A stretch of 63,883 nt of DNA, filler included, from an uncultured Chlamydiae bacterium (lineage in GTDB: Bacteria; Chlamydiota; Chlamydiia; Chlamydiales; SM23-39), in NCBI GenBank assembly GCA_937899275.1. It is 6 parts of 6 records of this genome, joined end to end, with 100 filler letters (N's around TTAATTAATTAA, not from the genome) between each part and the next. Parts side by side here need not be neighbours in the genome. Positions count along the whole stretch, not along the records: positions 28,598 to 40,297 come from CALBPE010000063.1; 5 more parts are not named here. The stretch is one strand, 5' to 3'. This document shows positions 28,598 to 39,300 of this stretch, one piece after another. Under the pieces are notes generated by a model. The model was given only the letters and a program-made list of their open reading frames with translations. It was not told the origin of the DNA and ran no database searches. Positions within the stretch are counted from its first letter, which is position 1. Every line of letters begins with the position of its first letter. The position numbers and the translations under genes are program-made.

Positions 28598-29030
28598 AAC
28601 GAACGGCTTGTTCCCCTTCTTTTCGAGATAAAGTGACAAGCTCTACTTCTTTAGACACCATGAAAGCAGAGAAAAATCCTAGACCAAAATGGCCGATGAT
28701 TTGCTCATCTTCTTTGCTGCTTTGGTATTTTTCAGCAAATTCTTTGGCTCCAGAAAACGCGACTTGTGCAATGTATTTTTCCACTTCTTCTTGATTCATG
28801 CCGATGCCTGTATCAGAAATAGTCACCGTTTTTTTCTCTTTATCAATCGTAATCTGGATTTTCGGATCAGTAGGCGCTTTTCCCTCTTGCTTATCTAAGA
28901 TATTTCTTTTTGAAATCGCATCAGAGGCGTTGGCTACAAGTTCTCGTAAAAAAATGTCTTTGTTGGAGTAAAGCCATTTTTTAATAATAGGAAGGATATT
29001 TTCACTGTGAACTTTTAACTTACCTTTCAT
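28598..29030 (-). CDS. htpG: Chaperone HtpG (Hsp90), N-terminal part (truncated)
   Basis: LYSNKDIFLRELVANASDA, ISDTGIGM, IGHFGLGFFSAFMV. Confidence 0.95.
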
Positions 29031-29121
29031 AAATGTACCTTAAACTTAGTTGGGTTTTGCGTAAGGTCTATGATAGAAGATTTTCTGAATAATCGCAAAT
29101 AGGTAGTCTAACTGCAAAATT

Positions 29122-30489
29122 TTAAAATAGCTTGGTCACATCGACTACTTCTGCTTCTTGTAGTATGATGATGATGATCGCTAAAGGAACAAGCCACCGA
29201 ATACAAAAAAGCCAAGGGGTATAGAGATAGCGCCAACTAGAGCCTTGCGTAAACTCTTGTAAGGCTTTCCGTCTGTCCATAAACCATCCAACGAAAATAG
29301 CGCAAAAGATGCCGCCTAAAGGCATCATCCAACTGCTCGCTATATAGTCCATTGTTTCAAAAAAGGTTTTGCCGTAAAGCAGGGGCCATTCGGGAAAAAG
29401 TAGGCCTGAGCCTGATAGCGCGGAAGGGATCCCAAAAATAAATGCAGCAGCGCAGCTATAACATGTGGCTCTATGCCGGCTGATATCAAATACCTCGATC
29501 AAGTTTGCTACTAAAACCTCTAAAATAGATATGGAAGAGGTGAGGGCTGCAAAAATAAAAAGGGAAAAAAAGAGGGTAGATATCAGAAGAGTTCCTGGAA
29601 GTTCTGCAAAAAGCACAGGTAGCGTCTGGAAAATCAGACCGGGGCCAGATGAAGCGGGAAATCCAAAAGAAAATACAACGGAAAAAATCATCAACGCGGC
29701 AATAACCGATACAATACAAGAAATCAAAGCGATGATCATGCCGGTTTTGGGGATGTCGTCTTCTGGGTTCATGTAGCTGCCATATGTTAAAATGATGCCC
29801 ATACCTACGCTAAGCGTCCAAAAAGCCATACCTAAAGCGTTCAAAATACAGCTAGAATCGATCGAAGAAAATTTAGGAGCTAGGGTAAATTCAAGCGCCT
29901 GTCCAAAACCAGGTAGCGGCATCGAGAAGAGAAATAAGCCAAAAAGAGCCAGGATAAGAGCGGGCATAAAAATCTGACTCCAATACTCAATCCCTTTGCG
30001 TATGCCGCTGTATACAACCCCTCCTGTTAAAGATAAGAAAACTGCCTGCCAAAAAACACTCGACTCAGCGGCGCTATAAACCGCAGTCCAAATGCTACGG
30101 ATCTCATCTGGGGATTTTCCTTTGGTGAACTGGTTGATCGACATCAATGTGTAATTAAGAGCCCATCCAGAAACCACGCTATAATATGATAGCACAATAA
30201 ATGTGGTAGCGAGGTTGAGCCAGCCTAAAATCCTCCAATTGTAAGATCTGGAAAGGGTAAAATAGGCTTCTACAGAGCTTTTTTGGGCAGATCTTCCCAC
30301 AAGTACTTCAGCAATAAATAAAGGAATACCAATCAGCAGGGTAAAAAAAAGGTATAAAAGAACAAAGGCGCCTCCGCCACTTGTTCCAATGACATAAGGA
30401 AATCGCCATAAACTTCCCAGTCCTACAGCAGATCCAGCTGTTGCTAAAATAAATCCTAGTTTCGATCCCCAGTGTTCTCTTTCTGTCAT
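29122..30489 (-). CDS. Sodium-dependent transporter, neurotransmitter:sodium symporter (NSS/SNF) family
   Basis: REHWGSKLGFILATAGSAVGLGSLWRFPY, GGGAF, YYSVVSGW, TYGSY, GPGLIF. Confidence 0.93.
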   Translation of the reverse strand: MTEREHWGSKLGFILATAGSAVGLGSLWRFPYVIGTSGGGAFVLLYLFFTLLIGIPLFIAEVLVGRSAQKSSVEAYFTLSRSYNWRILGWLNLATTFIVLSYYSVVSGWALNYTLMSINQFTKGKSPDEIRSIWTAVYSAAESSVFWQAVFLSLTGGVVYSGIRKGIEYWSQIFMPALILALFGLFLFSMPLPGFGQALEFTLAPKFSSIDSSCILNALGMAFWTLSVGMGIILTYGSYMNPEDDIPKTGMIIALISCIVSVIAALMIFSVVFSFGFPASSGPGLIFQTLPVLFAELPGTLLISTLFFSLFIFAALTSSISILEVLVANLIEVFDISRHRATCYSCAAAFIFGIPSALSGSGLLFPEWPLLYGKTFFETMDYIASSWMMPLGGIFCAIFVGWFMDRRKALQEFTQGSSWRYLYTPWLFCIRWLVPLAIIIIILQEAEVVDVTKLF

Positions 30490-30586
30490 TTTTGTTATTT
30501 CGTATTGCGATTGAAAAATGGAATATATTACCCCACTTTTCGGTAAGAAAGCAAGGAGCTCTTCACGAGATGGATGCGATTACTAG

Positions 30587-31417
30587 TTACGAGCCGGTGA
30601 TCGAAGAAAGAAAAACGTTTTTTACCTGGTCTTCCTTTCTTTTTTGCATCATGAGCCGGTCAAAACCAACGGATACCCCCACGCAGTCGGGAAGGTTGGC
30701 AGAAGCGTTTACAAACGCCTCATCGATGGGAAAAGGGCCTTTTCCCTCTTTTTCTCGTAGCGCATTTTGGGTTTCGAAGCGTTTTTTGATCTCTACTGGA
30801 CAAGAAAGCTCCCAAAAACCGTTGGCAAGTTCTAAGCCGCCAAGATAAATTTCAAAACGCTTGGCAACGCCATTTTCTATCTTCGCTAAAGCAGCGCTTT
30901 CTGTTGGAAAATCCTCTACTACATATAGCTTTTCGGGGGACAGGTTAGAGGCAATGTAGTCATCGAAAAGAAGTTCTTTGGGTCCTTTTGCATCAGGAGG
31001 TACAAAAGCATCCCAAAGAGAGGAAAATGTGCATCTTTCTATCTTTTTTTCACCGAGAAAAAGCTGGATGAGCGCAAGCGTTTCTTCACTTAGCTCGATT
31101 AGGGTTTTCTGCATTCTATACCATTCAATCATGGTAAATTCTGCTAGGTGAACCCTACCTATCTCCTCTTTTCGAAATACATGCGTCAGTTGGTAGATAT
31201 CACAAGGAACCGCTGCCAAAAGCTTTTTCATCTCATACTCAGGAGAGGTGTGGAGATATCCAGAGTCTGCTTTGATAGGCTCGATGTAAGCATCGAGCTG
31301 TGGATAGGGGATTAAAGTCGCTACATCGACTTCTAAAACAGATCTTTCTGCAAAAAATGCGCGGGTTTTGGCCAGCATCGACGCGCGATCTTTGATGAGA
31401 TCAAACCCGGGAGACAT
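30587..31417 (-). CDS. epmA: EF-P lysine aminoacylase (EpmA/GenX)
   Basis: YLHTSPEYEMKKLLA, FRKEE, EFTMIEWY, RFEIYLGGLELANGF, GVSVGFDRL; no anticodon domain; directly downstream of efp. Confidence 0.92.
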   Translation of the reverse strand: MSPGFDLIKDRASMLAKTRAFFAERSVLEVDVATLIPYPQLDAYIEPIKADSGYLHTSPEYEMKKLLAAVPCDIYQLTHVFRKEEIGRVHLAEFTMIEWYRMQKTLIELSEETLALIQLFLGEKKIERCTFSSLWDAFVPPDAKGPKELLFDDYIASNLSPEKLYVVEDFPTESAALAKIENGVAKRFEIYLGGLELANGFWELSCPVEIKKRFETQNALREKEGKGPFPIDEAFVNASANLPDCVGVSVGFDRLMMQKRKEDQVKNVFLSSITGS

Positions 31418-31967
31418 ACTCAGCAGTTCTTGTGTCGACTTTAATGTGCTCTTCTTCTTCGATGAAGATCGGCACTTGGATTTTAGCGCCTGTTTCTAAG
31501 ACGGCAGGTTTCAATACTCTACCAGATGCTGTATCGCCTCGAACTCCAGGAGCAGTTTCTGTAACTTGTAGCTCCATAAAGGTAGGGGGCATGATGTCAA
31601 TGGCATTGCCTTTGTATAAAATGACTTCATATGAAATGTCTTCTTTCATCCACTTTGCGCTTTCTTTAATTGTGGTAAAAGAAATATGCAGCTGATCAAA
31701 AGTTTCATCGTGCATAAATACACCGCCATCTTGATCGGTATATAAAAGACGCATGCGGACTTCTTCTATATCGGCAAGTTCGAGTTTTTCTCCCGACTTA
31801 AAGGTTTTTTCTAACACTCTACCGGTCAGAAAGTTTTTGACTTTGATCCGGTTAAATGCTTGGCCTTTTCCCGGTTTGACAAATTCATTGTTTACGACCA
31901 AATAAGGCTCGTTTTCTAGTTCTACTTTCATTCCAGGTCGGATAGCATTGGTTGTTAATTGTGACAT
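31401..31967 (-). CDS. efp: Elongation factor P
   Basis: FVKPGKGQAF, PGVRGDTA, KPAVLETG, VPIFI, KVDTR. Confidence 0.97.
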   Translation of the reverse strand: MSQLTTNAIRPGMKVELENEPYLVVNNEFVKPGKGQAFNRIKVKNFLTGRVLEKTFKSGEKLELADIEEVRMRLLYTDQDGGVFMHDETFDQLHISFTTIKESAKWMKEDISYEVILYKGNAIDIMPPTFMELQVTETAPGVRGDTASGRVLKPAVLETGAKIQVPIFIEEEEHIKVDTRTAEYVSRV

Positions 31968-32052
31968 GATTTTCCTCGTTCTAAAATATATTATCGGGAT
32001 TATTTTCAATTATTTCAATGGCCATGTATAACCAAAGGAAAAGAGGTGCCTT

Positions 32053-32892
32053 ATGCAAGAAAAACAGCCGTCCGATCATATGGAAGCAAAAATCGCAAGA
32101 GATACGTTAGAAAGATACGCAGGCTCTTCTACAAGCGATTTTCAATCCAATTTAATTTTAACGAATTTTCCGAAGTATGTGGAGTATTTTGCAGATAGTC
32201 GCAAGGTCAAAATCTATGAAGGGTCTATGTTCAAAGTAGCGCACTGTGAAGAAGAAGAAACGTCTATACTCGATTTTAAGATAGGGTCGCCTGCAGCAGC
32301 TCTTGTCGTCGACATCTGCTCGTTTTTACCTGTCCGAGCAGCCGTTCTTCTCGGAATGTGCGGAGGTCTTAGAAGGCGGTATCAACCGGGGGAATATTTA
32401 GTTCCTGTAGCGAGTATTCGAGGGGAGGGGACCTCTGATTTTTATTTTTCTTCTGAAGTTCCAGCGTTAGCTAATTTCCTTATGCAAAAAGCGGTAACCG
32501 ATGTATTGGAAGAAAAAAATATCCCCTACCATATTGGTATTACCTATACAACGAATATGCGCTTTTGGGAGTTTAACCAGGCGTTTATTGAAAAGCTTAA
32601 GGTAACAAAAGCGCAAGGTATTGAAATGGAGTGCGCCACCCTTTTTGCAGCAAGCTACGCAAGGAAATTTACCTTGGGAGCTCTTCTGCTTGTATCGGAC
32701 CTTCCCCTCAATCAAGATGGCATCAAAACAAAGAAAAGCTCTTCTGCAATTTTTGCAAAGCACACCAAAGAGCATGTAGAGACAGGGATTGCTGTGCTGA
32801 GAAAAGCAAGAACTATGCAATCGAAAAAAATCAAAGGAGCCTATCATCGCAATTTGCCTATGGAAATTGTGGAGAAAAAAAGTTTTCTATAA
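32053..32892 (+). CDS. amn: AMP nucleosidase (short PNP/UDP phosphorylase family type)
   Basis: ILTNF, IGSPAAAL, GMCGGL, IRGEGTSD, RFWE, IEMECATLF, LLVSDLP; divergent from efp. Confidence 0.9.
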   Translation: MQEKQPSDHMEAKIARDTLERYAGSSTSDFQSNLILTNFPKYVEYFADSRKVKIYEGSMFKVAHCEEEETSILDFKIGSPAAALVVDICSFLPVRAAVLLGMCGGLRRRYQPGEYLVPVASIRGEGTSDFYFSSEVPALANFLMQKAVTDVLEEKNIPYHIGITYTTNMRFWEFNQAFIEKLKVTKAQGIEMECATLFAASYARKFTLGALLLVSDLPLNQDGIKTKKSSSAIFAKHTKEHVETGIAVLRKARTMQSKKIKGAYHRNLPMEIVEKKSFL

Positions 32893-32930
32893 CTCGTAAA
32901 AAAGTTAAGGTGTTTATAATTTGTTTACGT

Positions 32931-33482
32931 ATGACGATCTACTTTCAAAACTACCCTATTGGAAAACCAATTGATAATTTAGAGCGGTTAGGAGATCTTT
33001 TCCTAGCTCCCATCCGCTTGCTTGCGGGTAATCCCGTTTTTATCGGTAAACAGGTTTATTGCTTCCAAGGAGCTGTTCCTAAAGCTTTAGCGCTTATTGC
33101 ATCTATTATTTTAGGTCCTTTTGTTATTTTGGGTTTGTTATTCTCTCTTTTATCTTGCTCAAGAAAAAAACAGCCCTCAATTGATCTTAGGTCTGCAGAG
33201 CCTATGCTGCGGCTACACGGCCGGCTATCTAAGGCGTTGCCCCCTTTTCGTCTTGCGCGCTATACGAACCATATCAACGATCTTTTTATCCAGTTTATGA
33301 AGAGTAGGCAAGTGGATATGCCAGATGATCCAAAAGGCGTACTCAATTATTTTGGATTGGAGCAGAAAGAATTGGGATATACCCCCCATAGCGCGCGCCT
33401 TCGCGTAGAATCTTTTGTGCAACAATTTCATCCCGATAGTCAGGAAAATCTCCGAAAGGCAATTGAAGCCTGCCTTGTATAA
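32931..33482 (+). CDS. Hypothetical protein with a long hydrophobic hairpin (Inc-like)
   Basis: ATG 32931 avoids overlap with amn; ALALIASIILGPFVILGLLFSLLS segment; similar to the next gene's N-terminus. Confidence 0.7.
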   Translation: MTIYFQNYPIGKPIDNLERLGDLFLAPIRLLAGNPVFIGKQVYCFQGAVPKALALIASIILGPFVILGLLFSLLSCSRKKQPSIDLRSAEPMLRLHGRLSKALPPFRLARYTNHINDLFIQFMKSRQVDMPDDPKGVLNYFGLEQKELGYTPHSARLRVESFVQQFHPDSQENLRKAIEACLV

Positions 33483-33612
33483 TCTCTTGCCTTAATAGAA
33501 ATATTTTACAATAAAAAATTTAATTCTTATTTCTTAAATAGAATATAAAATCACTTGTTTGCATTTTGAATAACCTTTATAATTTCTTATATTATTAAAT
33601 AAAAAAAACAGT

Positions 33613-35235
33613 ATGCCGCTACCTCCTTTACTAGTTTCTAGACCGATACAAGTGGATCCAGACTGGCCAGAAGTCATTAGCGACGGCCTTTTGTTTCCTT
33701 CTAGAGCGTTGGTCCGCCATCTTCGCAGTCTTTCCCGAGAAGATCTGCAAAAGTGTTCTCAAAAGAAGATACAAGGTGCAATCATGGTGCTCTGTCTTGC
33801 TGTGGTTACTATCGCCACCATGATTTTTTTTCCACTTGGAATGGTCCTTTCTTTAATCTCGGTTAGTCGTAGATCTGTGGACCTCATTGCTCGATCAGAA
33901 GTAAAAAAAATACTAGCAGATTTTAAAATTAGAAAACCCTACATCAATGAGAAAAGATGGAAATATTATTTCAATGAAGGGCTCATTAGTGCACTAAAAA
34001 AGATGCATGGTAATGTCCAAGGCCTTTTAGATGATAGCCCTCTTCGCTATTTGTTTGTAGAAAGGCGGCTGTTATCGGATGAGATTCCTGTTAAAGATAG
34101 AGTCGATACACTATCTGATAGATTTTTCCCGTTATCTAAAAATCCGCATATAACTGCAAAAGATATCCAAACGCTTCGCACTTCGTGGACCGAGTCGTTG
34201 CAAGAATTAGAAGGGTTAAACCTGAAAATACAAGAGCAGCTGAAAATACAAGAGCAGATTCGCTTAAAGGATGAACAAAATCTTGGGGAGCATTCAGAAG
34301 AGCTAGCTGCAGAGGAAAAGCTAGCAACACAGATCGTTGATTTCTTAAAAGGAATTGATTGTTGCGGATATACAGAAGAAAAATACACACATGAAATCAA
34401 GCAAGGCCTTGTCCAATGCCCCGTATCAAGTCGAGTTAAGGTATTGGCAAAAACTCAATTAATGATTCATTACTACAACAGTAGGAAAAGGGAACTTTTG
34501 CAACCGTTACTTCAACAAGCCCACCATGAATATCTTCAATTGGAACAAGTCGCAGATTATGATGAGTTGATGGCAAGAACCATAGAATCCGCACTATCTT
34601 CTATATTCATTAACGTATGTGCTACTAGAGAAGAGTATACAGCAAAGATTGACGAAGGTCTTAAGCAATTTCAGGTATCAGCTAACGCGAAGGAAATTGC
34701 TAGAAAAAGATTATATAAAGTTTTAAATACGATTAATTTTGATCACGAGATTATCTCTGAGCTAAAAGAGATATATAGCGAGCAAGGTAAGGGTAACAAG
34801 ACGTTAGCTGAGCAGCTTGCATCATATAAATTACCACAAACAACTCTTATAAGAATCTTACAAAAGTGGCAGAAGATAGCAGATCAACTCGATGCTGATA
34901 AGGTCATCTCTGAGTTAAAAGAGATGTACGAAAAAGCTGATAATCAAGATCGGGGTAAAAGCATGCTCGATCAGCAGCTTGCAAGATATAATCTATCAGA
35001 AAAAGTTAAGACAATAGTTTTAGAAAAATGGCAGAAGATAGCAGATCAACTCGATGCTGATAAAGCCATCTCTGAGTCAAGGAGTATATGCTCTGAGGAT
35101 TCTAATCAAGATAAGCGTGAACAAGCGCCGAAAGAGCGGCTGGAAAATCAGACCATATTAGACCAAACATTAAACCGAGTTAAAAAAATCGCATGCAAAA
35201 AATTATACCAGTTCATGCAGATGTTTTATTACTAG
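33613..35235 (+). CDS. Hypothetical protein: hydrophobic hairpin, coiled coil and 54-aa internal repeats (Inc-like)
   Basis: GAIMVLCLAVVTIATMIFFPLGMVLSLISVS; KWQKIADQLDADK occurs twice. Confidence 0.8.
   Translation: MPLPPLLVSRPIQVDPDWPEVISDGLLFPSRALVRHLRSLSREDLQKCSQKKIQGAIMVLCLAVVTIATMIFFPLGMVLSLISVSRRSVDLIARSEVKKILADFKIRKPYINEKRWKYYFNEGLISALKKMHGNVQGLLDDSPLRYLFVERRLLSDEIPVKDRVDTLSDRFFPLSKNPHITAKDIQTLRTSWTESLQELEGLNLKIQEQLKIQEQIRLKDEQNLGEHSEELAAEEKLATQIVDFLKGIDCCGYTEEKYTHEIKQGLVQCPVSSRVKVLAKTQLMIHYYNSRKRELLQPLLQQAHHEYLQLEQVADYDELMARTIESALSSIFINVCATREEYTAKIDEGLKQFQVSANAKEIARKRLYKVLNTINFDHEIISELKEIYSEQGKGNKTLAEQLASYKLPQTTLIRILQKWQKIADQLDADKVISELKEMYEKADNQDRGKSMLDQQLARYNLSEKVKTIVLEKWQKIADQLDADKAISESRSICSEDSNQDKREQAPKERLENQTILDQTLNRVKKIACKKLYQFMQMFYY
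34222..34257 (+). repeat. 18-bp perfect tandem duplication (LKIQEQ x2)
   Basis: ctgaaaatacaagagcag twice in tandem. Confidence 0.9.
34867..35077 (+). repeat. Direct repeat with 162-bp period inside the CDS
   Basis: tggcagaagatagcagatcaactcgatgctgataa at 34867 and 35029. Confidence 0.9.
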
Positions 35236-35428
35236 CCTGATTTTATAGAAGAAAAAGACAAAACGTAACATAAACAGTCTGTACAAAAGGGGTAAAGGCT
35301 ATAAAAGTCTACGCCTAGATTCTGGTTTCAAATATACAATCTGTTTGCAACATTCCTTAAGTAGTTGATCTATATTTTCATGAAATGTATAGTCATGGCA
35401 CAAAAATCATTATAGGAATTTTTTTGTT

Positions 35429-35791
35429 ATGTCTTTTACAAAGATAGTTACTCTGGGCGACGGCGTTCAAGTGATGTCGCCTTTGTTGATCACAACAGTT
35501 AGCTCTCATAAACGTCTTCAAAAAGACAATCCCAGAGCTTTATATGATCTCTTTCAAAAAAATGTAGACCCTAACCATCAGTTTTTTAAAGATGCACGTT
35601 TCGATTCAAAAAAACTGCTGATAGATCTAGTTCTTCTCAAACTAGACGGTGAATTTCATGAAGAAGTGAGAAAATTCGTCAAGAACGCCTTGATAAAAGT
35701 AGGGGATCGCGCTGTGCAGTATCAAAATCCTTTACTAGGTAAACAAGTGGCTGCAGAAGAAAAAAAAGATCGGACTAGCAGCTCTAAATAA
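35429..35791 (+). CDS. Hypothetical protein
   Basis: 120-aa ORF with an AGGA site upstream, in otherwise free intergenic space. Confidence 0.7.
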   Translation: MSFTKIVTLGDGVQVMSPLLITTVSSHKRLQKDNPRALYDLFQKNVDPNHQFFKDARFDSKKLLIDLVLLKLDGEFHEEVRKFVKNALIKVGDRAVQYQNPLLGKQVAAEEKKDRTSSSK

Positions 35792-35817
35792 GTGTTTTTC
35801 CAGAAACATTGCACCGG

Positions 35818-36276
35818 CTAGCGTTTGTCCTTGCCTTCTGGTAAAGCAGCGAGCATCTCAAAAAACTTGAAGGGTTTTTTAGGTGTTTGCTTCCTTTTAA
35901 CAGAAGGGCACTTTTGTGTAGGATTTCTCGGGCAAGAGGTATCCACAGTAGGAAACCTTACAGCTTTTCCTTTTGGCGGAGTTCCTGCCTTTACACACGC
36001 GTTCTTTTGTGCGCTAGAAGAATGTTGTTGTTTGCGACAGAGATCTTCTACTCTCATAGAAATGGGGGTAGTTTTTGGTGTAATATTCCCTACTTTCATC
36101 TCGTTTTTTTTACTATGTGGGCATGTAAATTCTTTTGAGTTGAAAGACCGATCCTGTATACGCTGCATCTTAGCGCATGTGGTGGTGTGGGGGATACCGG
36201 CATTTTCCCGAGATCTTTTTTGTCCTGGATATATGTTTTGAGTTGTGAAGTTAACCCCTGTTGTCGGTAGCGTCAT
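35818..36276 (-). CDS. Hypothetical basic, T/P/K-rich, probably disordered protein
   Basis: 152-aa ORF downstream of mfd, same strand; MTLPTT-type N-terminus. Confidence 0.6.
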   Translation of the reverse strand: MTLPTTGVNFTTQNIYPGQKRSRENAGIPHTTTCAKMQRIQDRSFNSKEFTCPHSKKNEMKVGNITPKTTPISMRVEDLCRKQQHSSSAQKNACVKAGTPPKGKAVRFPTVDTSCPRNPTQKCPSVKRKQTPKKPFKFFEMLAALPEGKDKR

Positions 36277-36367
36277 AGTTCGTCCATGTGGTGTAGTAGA
36301 AAAAATCTATATTTAGGGTAAAATAGAATACACGTAAATGGGATTTTTTAAAAAAAGAAAGAGGTGT

Positions 36368-39300
36368 TTATGTGGGTTTATTCTTTTTTAGAAAGGACCG
36401 GACGGTTTTTTGTAAAAACTCTTCTTTAAGTTTTTGCAGGACGTAGTCTTCAAGCTGCGTTGGGCTTTGCAACGATTGGGGAAGAAAAATCCGTTTTGTA
36501 TAGGTTTTTTCACCGAGGGTCCTTTCGGCAAAAAGCTCTTTTTCGGTGAATCGGAGTTTTGTAAACTGGTGCATGCTAGCAAAGACCCGGATATTTGCTA
36601 GGTGAAGTAAAAATACTACAGGAGAAGGTAACGGGCCAAAACGGTCGGTTAGCTCTCGTTTGATCGCTTCGATTGCTTCGGTGGACTCCGCTTCTCCTAG
36701 TTTGTGATACAGCTCCATACGTAGCGCATTTTCTGGTATATACTCTTCGGGGAAAAATGCGGGGTATAAAAACTCCATTTTTGTATCCACAAAGGTGATC
36801 GGCTTTTTTTCTTGTAAAGACCGGATCACCCGTTTTAGTAACATGCAGTATAAATGAAAACCGATAGAAGCTACTTGCCCCGATTGCTTTTCTCCTAAAA
36901 TATCTCCTGCACCTCGAAGCTCTAAGTCTCTTTTAGCAAGCTTCATACCGCCGCCATATCCGCTGGTTTGGACAAGAGCTTGCAGCCGCTTTTGTGAAGG
37001 CTCTTTGATGGAGCGGTTTTTTGGTAAAAGGAAATACGCATAAGAAGAGCGGTTCCATCTGCCGACTCTACCTCTTAGTTGGTATAGATCAGAGACGCCG
37101 TAACAATCGGCTCTTTCGATTAAAATAGTATTGGCGTTCGGTACATCGATGCCGTTTTCTACAATAACCGTTGCTAAAAGCACATCTAAGGCGCCTTCTC
37201 GAAATGCATGAAATACATCATCGATAGCGTCGGGATGCATCTGACCGTGAGCTACGCCAATTTTTGCTTGGGGCACAAGTTTTTGTAGGTATGTTTGTTT
37301 TTGGTAAATCGACTCGACCCGGTTATGGATGAAAAAAGCCTGTCCTTCTCTAGCAAGCTCGCGGAGGATTGCTTGCTTGATCAAGGTATCATCGGTTTCT
37401 GCAAGAATCGTTTTGATCGGTAGCCTATCATCGGGAGGAGTAGCCATCACAGAGACGTCTCTTGCACCGATAAGAGACATGTATAGCGTGCGGGGAATAG
37501 GAGTGGCCGATAGAGCAAGAGAATGCACTGATTTTTTCCGTTTTTTCAGCGATTCTTTGGCGCGCACACCAAAACGCTGCTCTTCATCGATGATGAGAAG
37601 AATCAGGTTTTGAAAAGAGACGTCTTTTGATAAAATGCGGTGAGTTCCAATTAGGATATCGATTTTTCCTGCAGCGGTTTTTTCTAGGGTTTCCCGGTTT
37701 TTTTTCGCTGTTTGAAAACGGGAGATGACGCCGATTTCTACAGGGTAGTTGTTCATTCTGGCTACGAATGTATCAAAATGCTGCATCGCTAAAACAGTTG
37801 TAGGCACAAGAAGAGCTACTTGCCCTCCTCCATCTACCACGGCTTTGAAGGCAGCTCTCATCGCGACTTCTGTTTTGCCATAGCCCACATCTCCTGAAAG
37901 CAAACGATCCATCGGTTTGGATTTTTGTAGGTCTTCTTTAATAGCGCTAATGGCAAGTAACTGATCGGCGGTTTCTTCATAGGCAAATTCCGCTTCGAAT
38001 TCTTGCATAAGAGAAGAGTCAGGAGCGTGCACCTTCGCGCTATCTAATTGCCTTTCTGCATAAAGATGCAAAAGGTCTGATGCGTAGCCTACAATATCTT
38101 TTTGCGCCTTGGTTTTCACTTGGTGCCATTTTTTGCTGCCAAGTTCTGTTAACGCAGGCTGCTTTTCTGAAGAGCCGATGTATTTTGATACAAGGTGAGA
38201 CTGGGAAATAGGCACATAGAGCTTACTTGCTTTTGCATAGGCGATGACTAAAAATTCTGCATCGATGCCTAAATGGTTTTTCTGTTTTTCTGTGCCTAAA
38301 TACTTGCCAATACCGCTATGCAAATGTACGACAAGTTCTCCTGGAACAAGAGCATGAAAATCAGAAAAAGTGCTGTGGTAAGAGCTGCGCCATTTTTCTC
38401 GAATCACCTTCTTTTTTTGGGTCAGGTCTTTTTCTGTTACAACCACATGATTTTCATATACAAAACCTGAAGATAAATACCCTGCAATTAGCTCGTGGTT
38501 TTGGAGGTTATGTTTTTGAATACACTCTAAAACAACCGATTGATACCGGGGGTTTTCATAAAGAAAGTGGTAAGAAAACTTCGATCCTTCAAAGAAAAGA
38601 TCAGAGCCCATAGGATGAAAAGGGTGGTGGTAAAGCGCTGCGGTGAAATCAAGATCAAACATAGAAAAGGTGGTTTTCTCACCTTTTTTTTGCACAGAAG
38701 AAAGGTTTTGTAATGGCTGTTTTGTAAAAAATATTTGCGGCGCGTGATCGATTTTCTCGAAAAGCTCTTTCATAGAAAAGCGGCACTTTGAAGGGCGGCA
38801 AAAAGACGATCCAAAAGATACGTAGTGGTCTTCTAAGCTGGCAAGATCATCGAATACGATTAAAGGCGTTTTTGCAAAATACTGCCAAAGCGGCTGCAGA
38901 GGTTTTTTTTCTAATAGGTGTTTTTCTTCTGCAGGAGCAAGAAACACCTCTTCTTTTTTTTCAATGGAGGTTTGTTTGATCGGATCAAAAATACGCAGGC
39001 TATCGACGGTGTCACCAAAAAACTCGATCCGGTAGGGGTCGCTAGATGAAATGGGAAATACATCGACGATCCCGTTTCTGATAGCAAACTGTTTTTTATC
39101 TGATACAACAGCTACCGGTCTATATCCTAAATCTTCTAGCCTTTGAGGAATAGATGACCAGGGGATATCCATCCCTTTTTTCCATACATCAAAAGAATCT
39201 ATAGAGAGGCTGGGAAGCTGCTGCAAGCAGCTTTTTAGATCGGTGATGACAAAGCTTGAAGAGGGGTCTTTTAGTAGTGTATACAAGGTATCCATCCTTT

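Noticed and set aside
29031..29121. CIRCE heat-shock operator upstream of htpG
   Set aside because: No TTAGCACTC-N9-GAGTGCTAA-like inverted repeat is visible.
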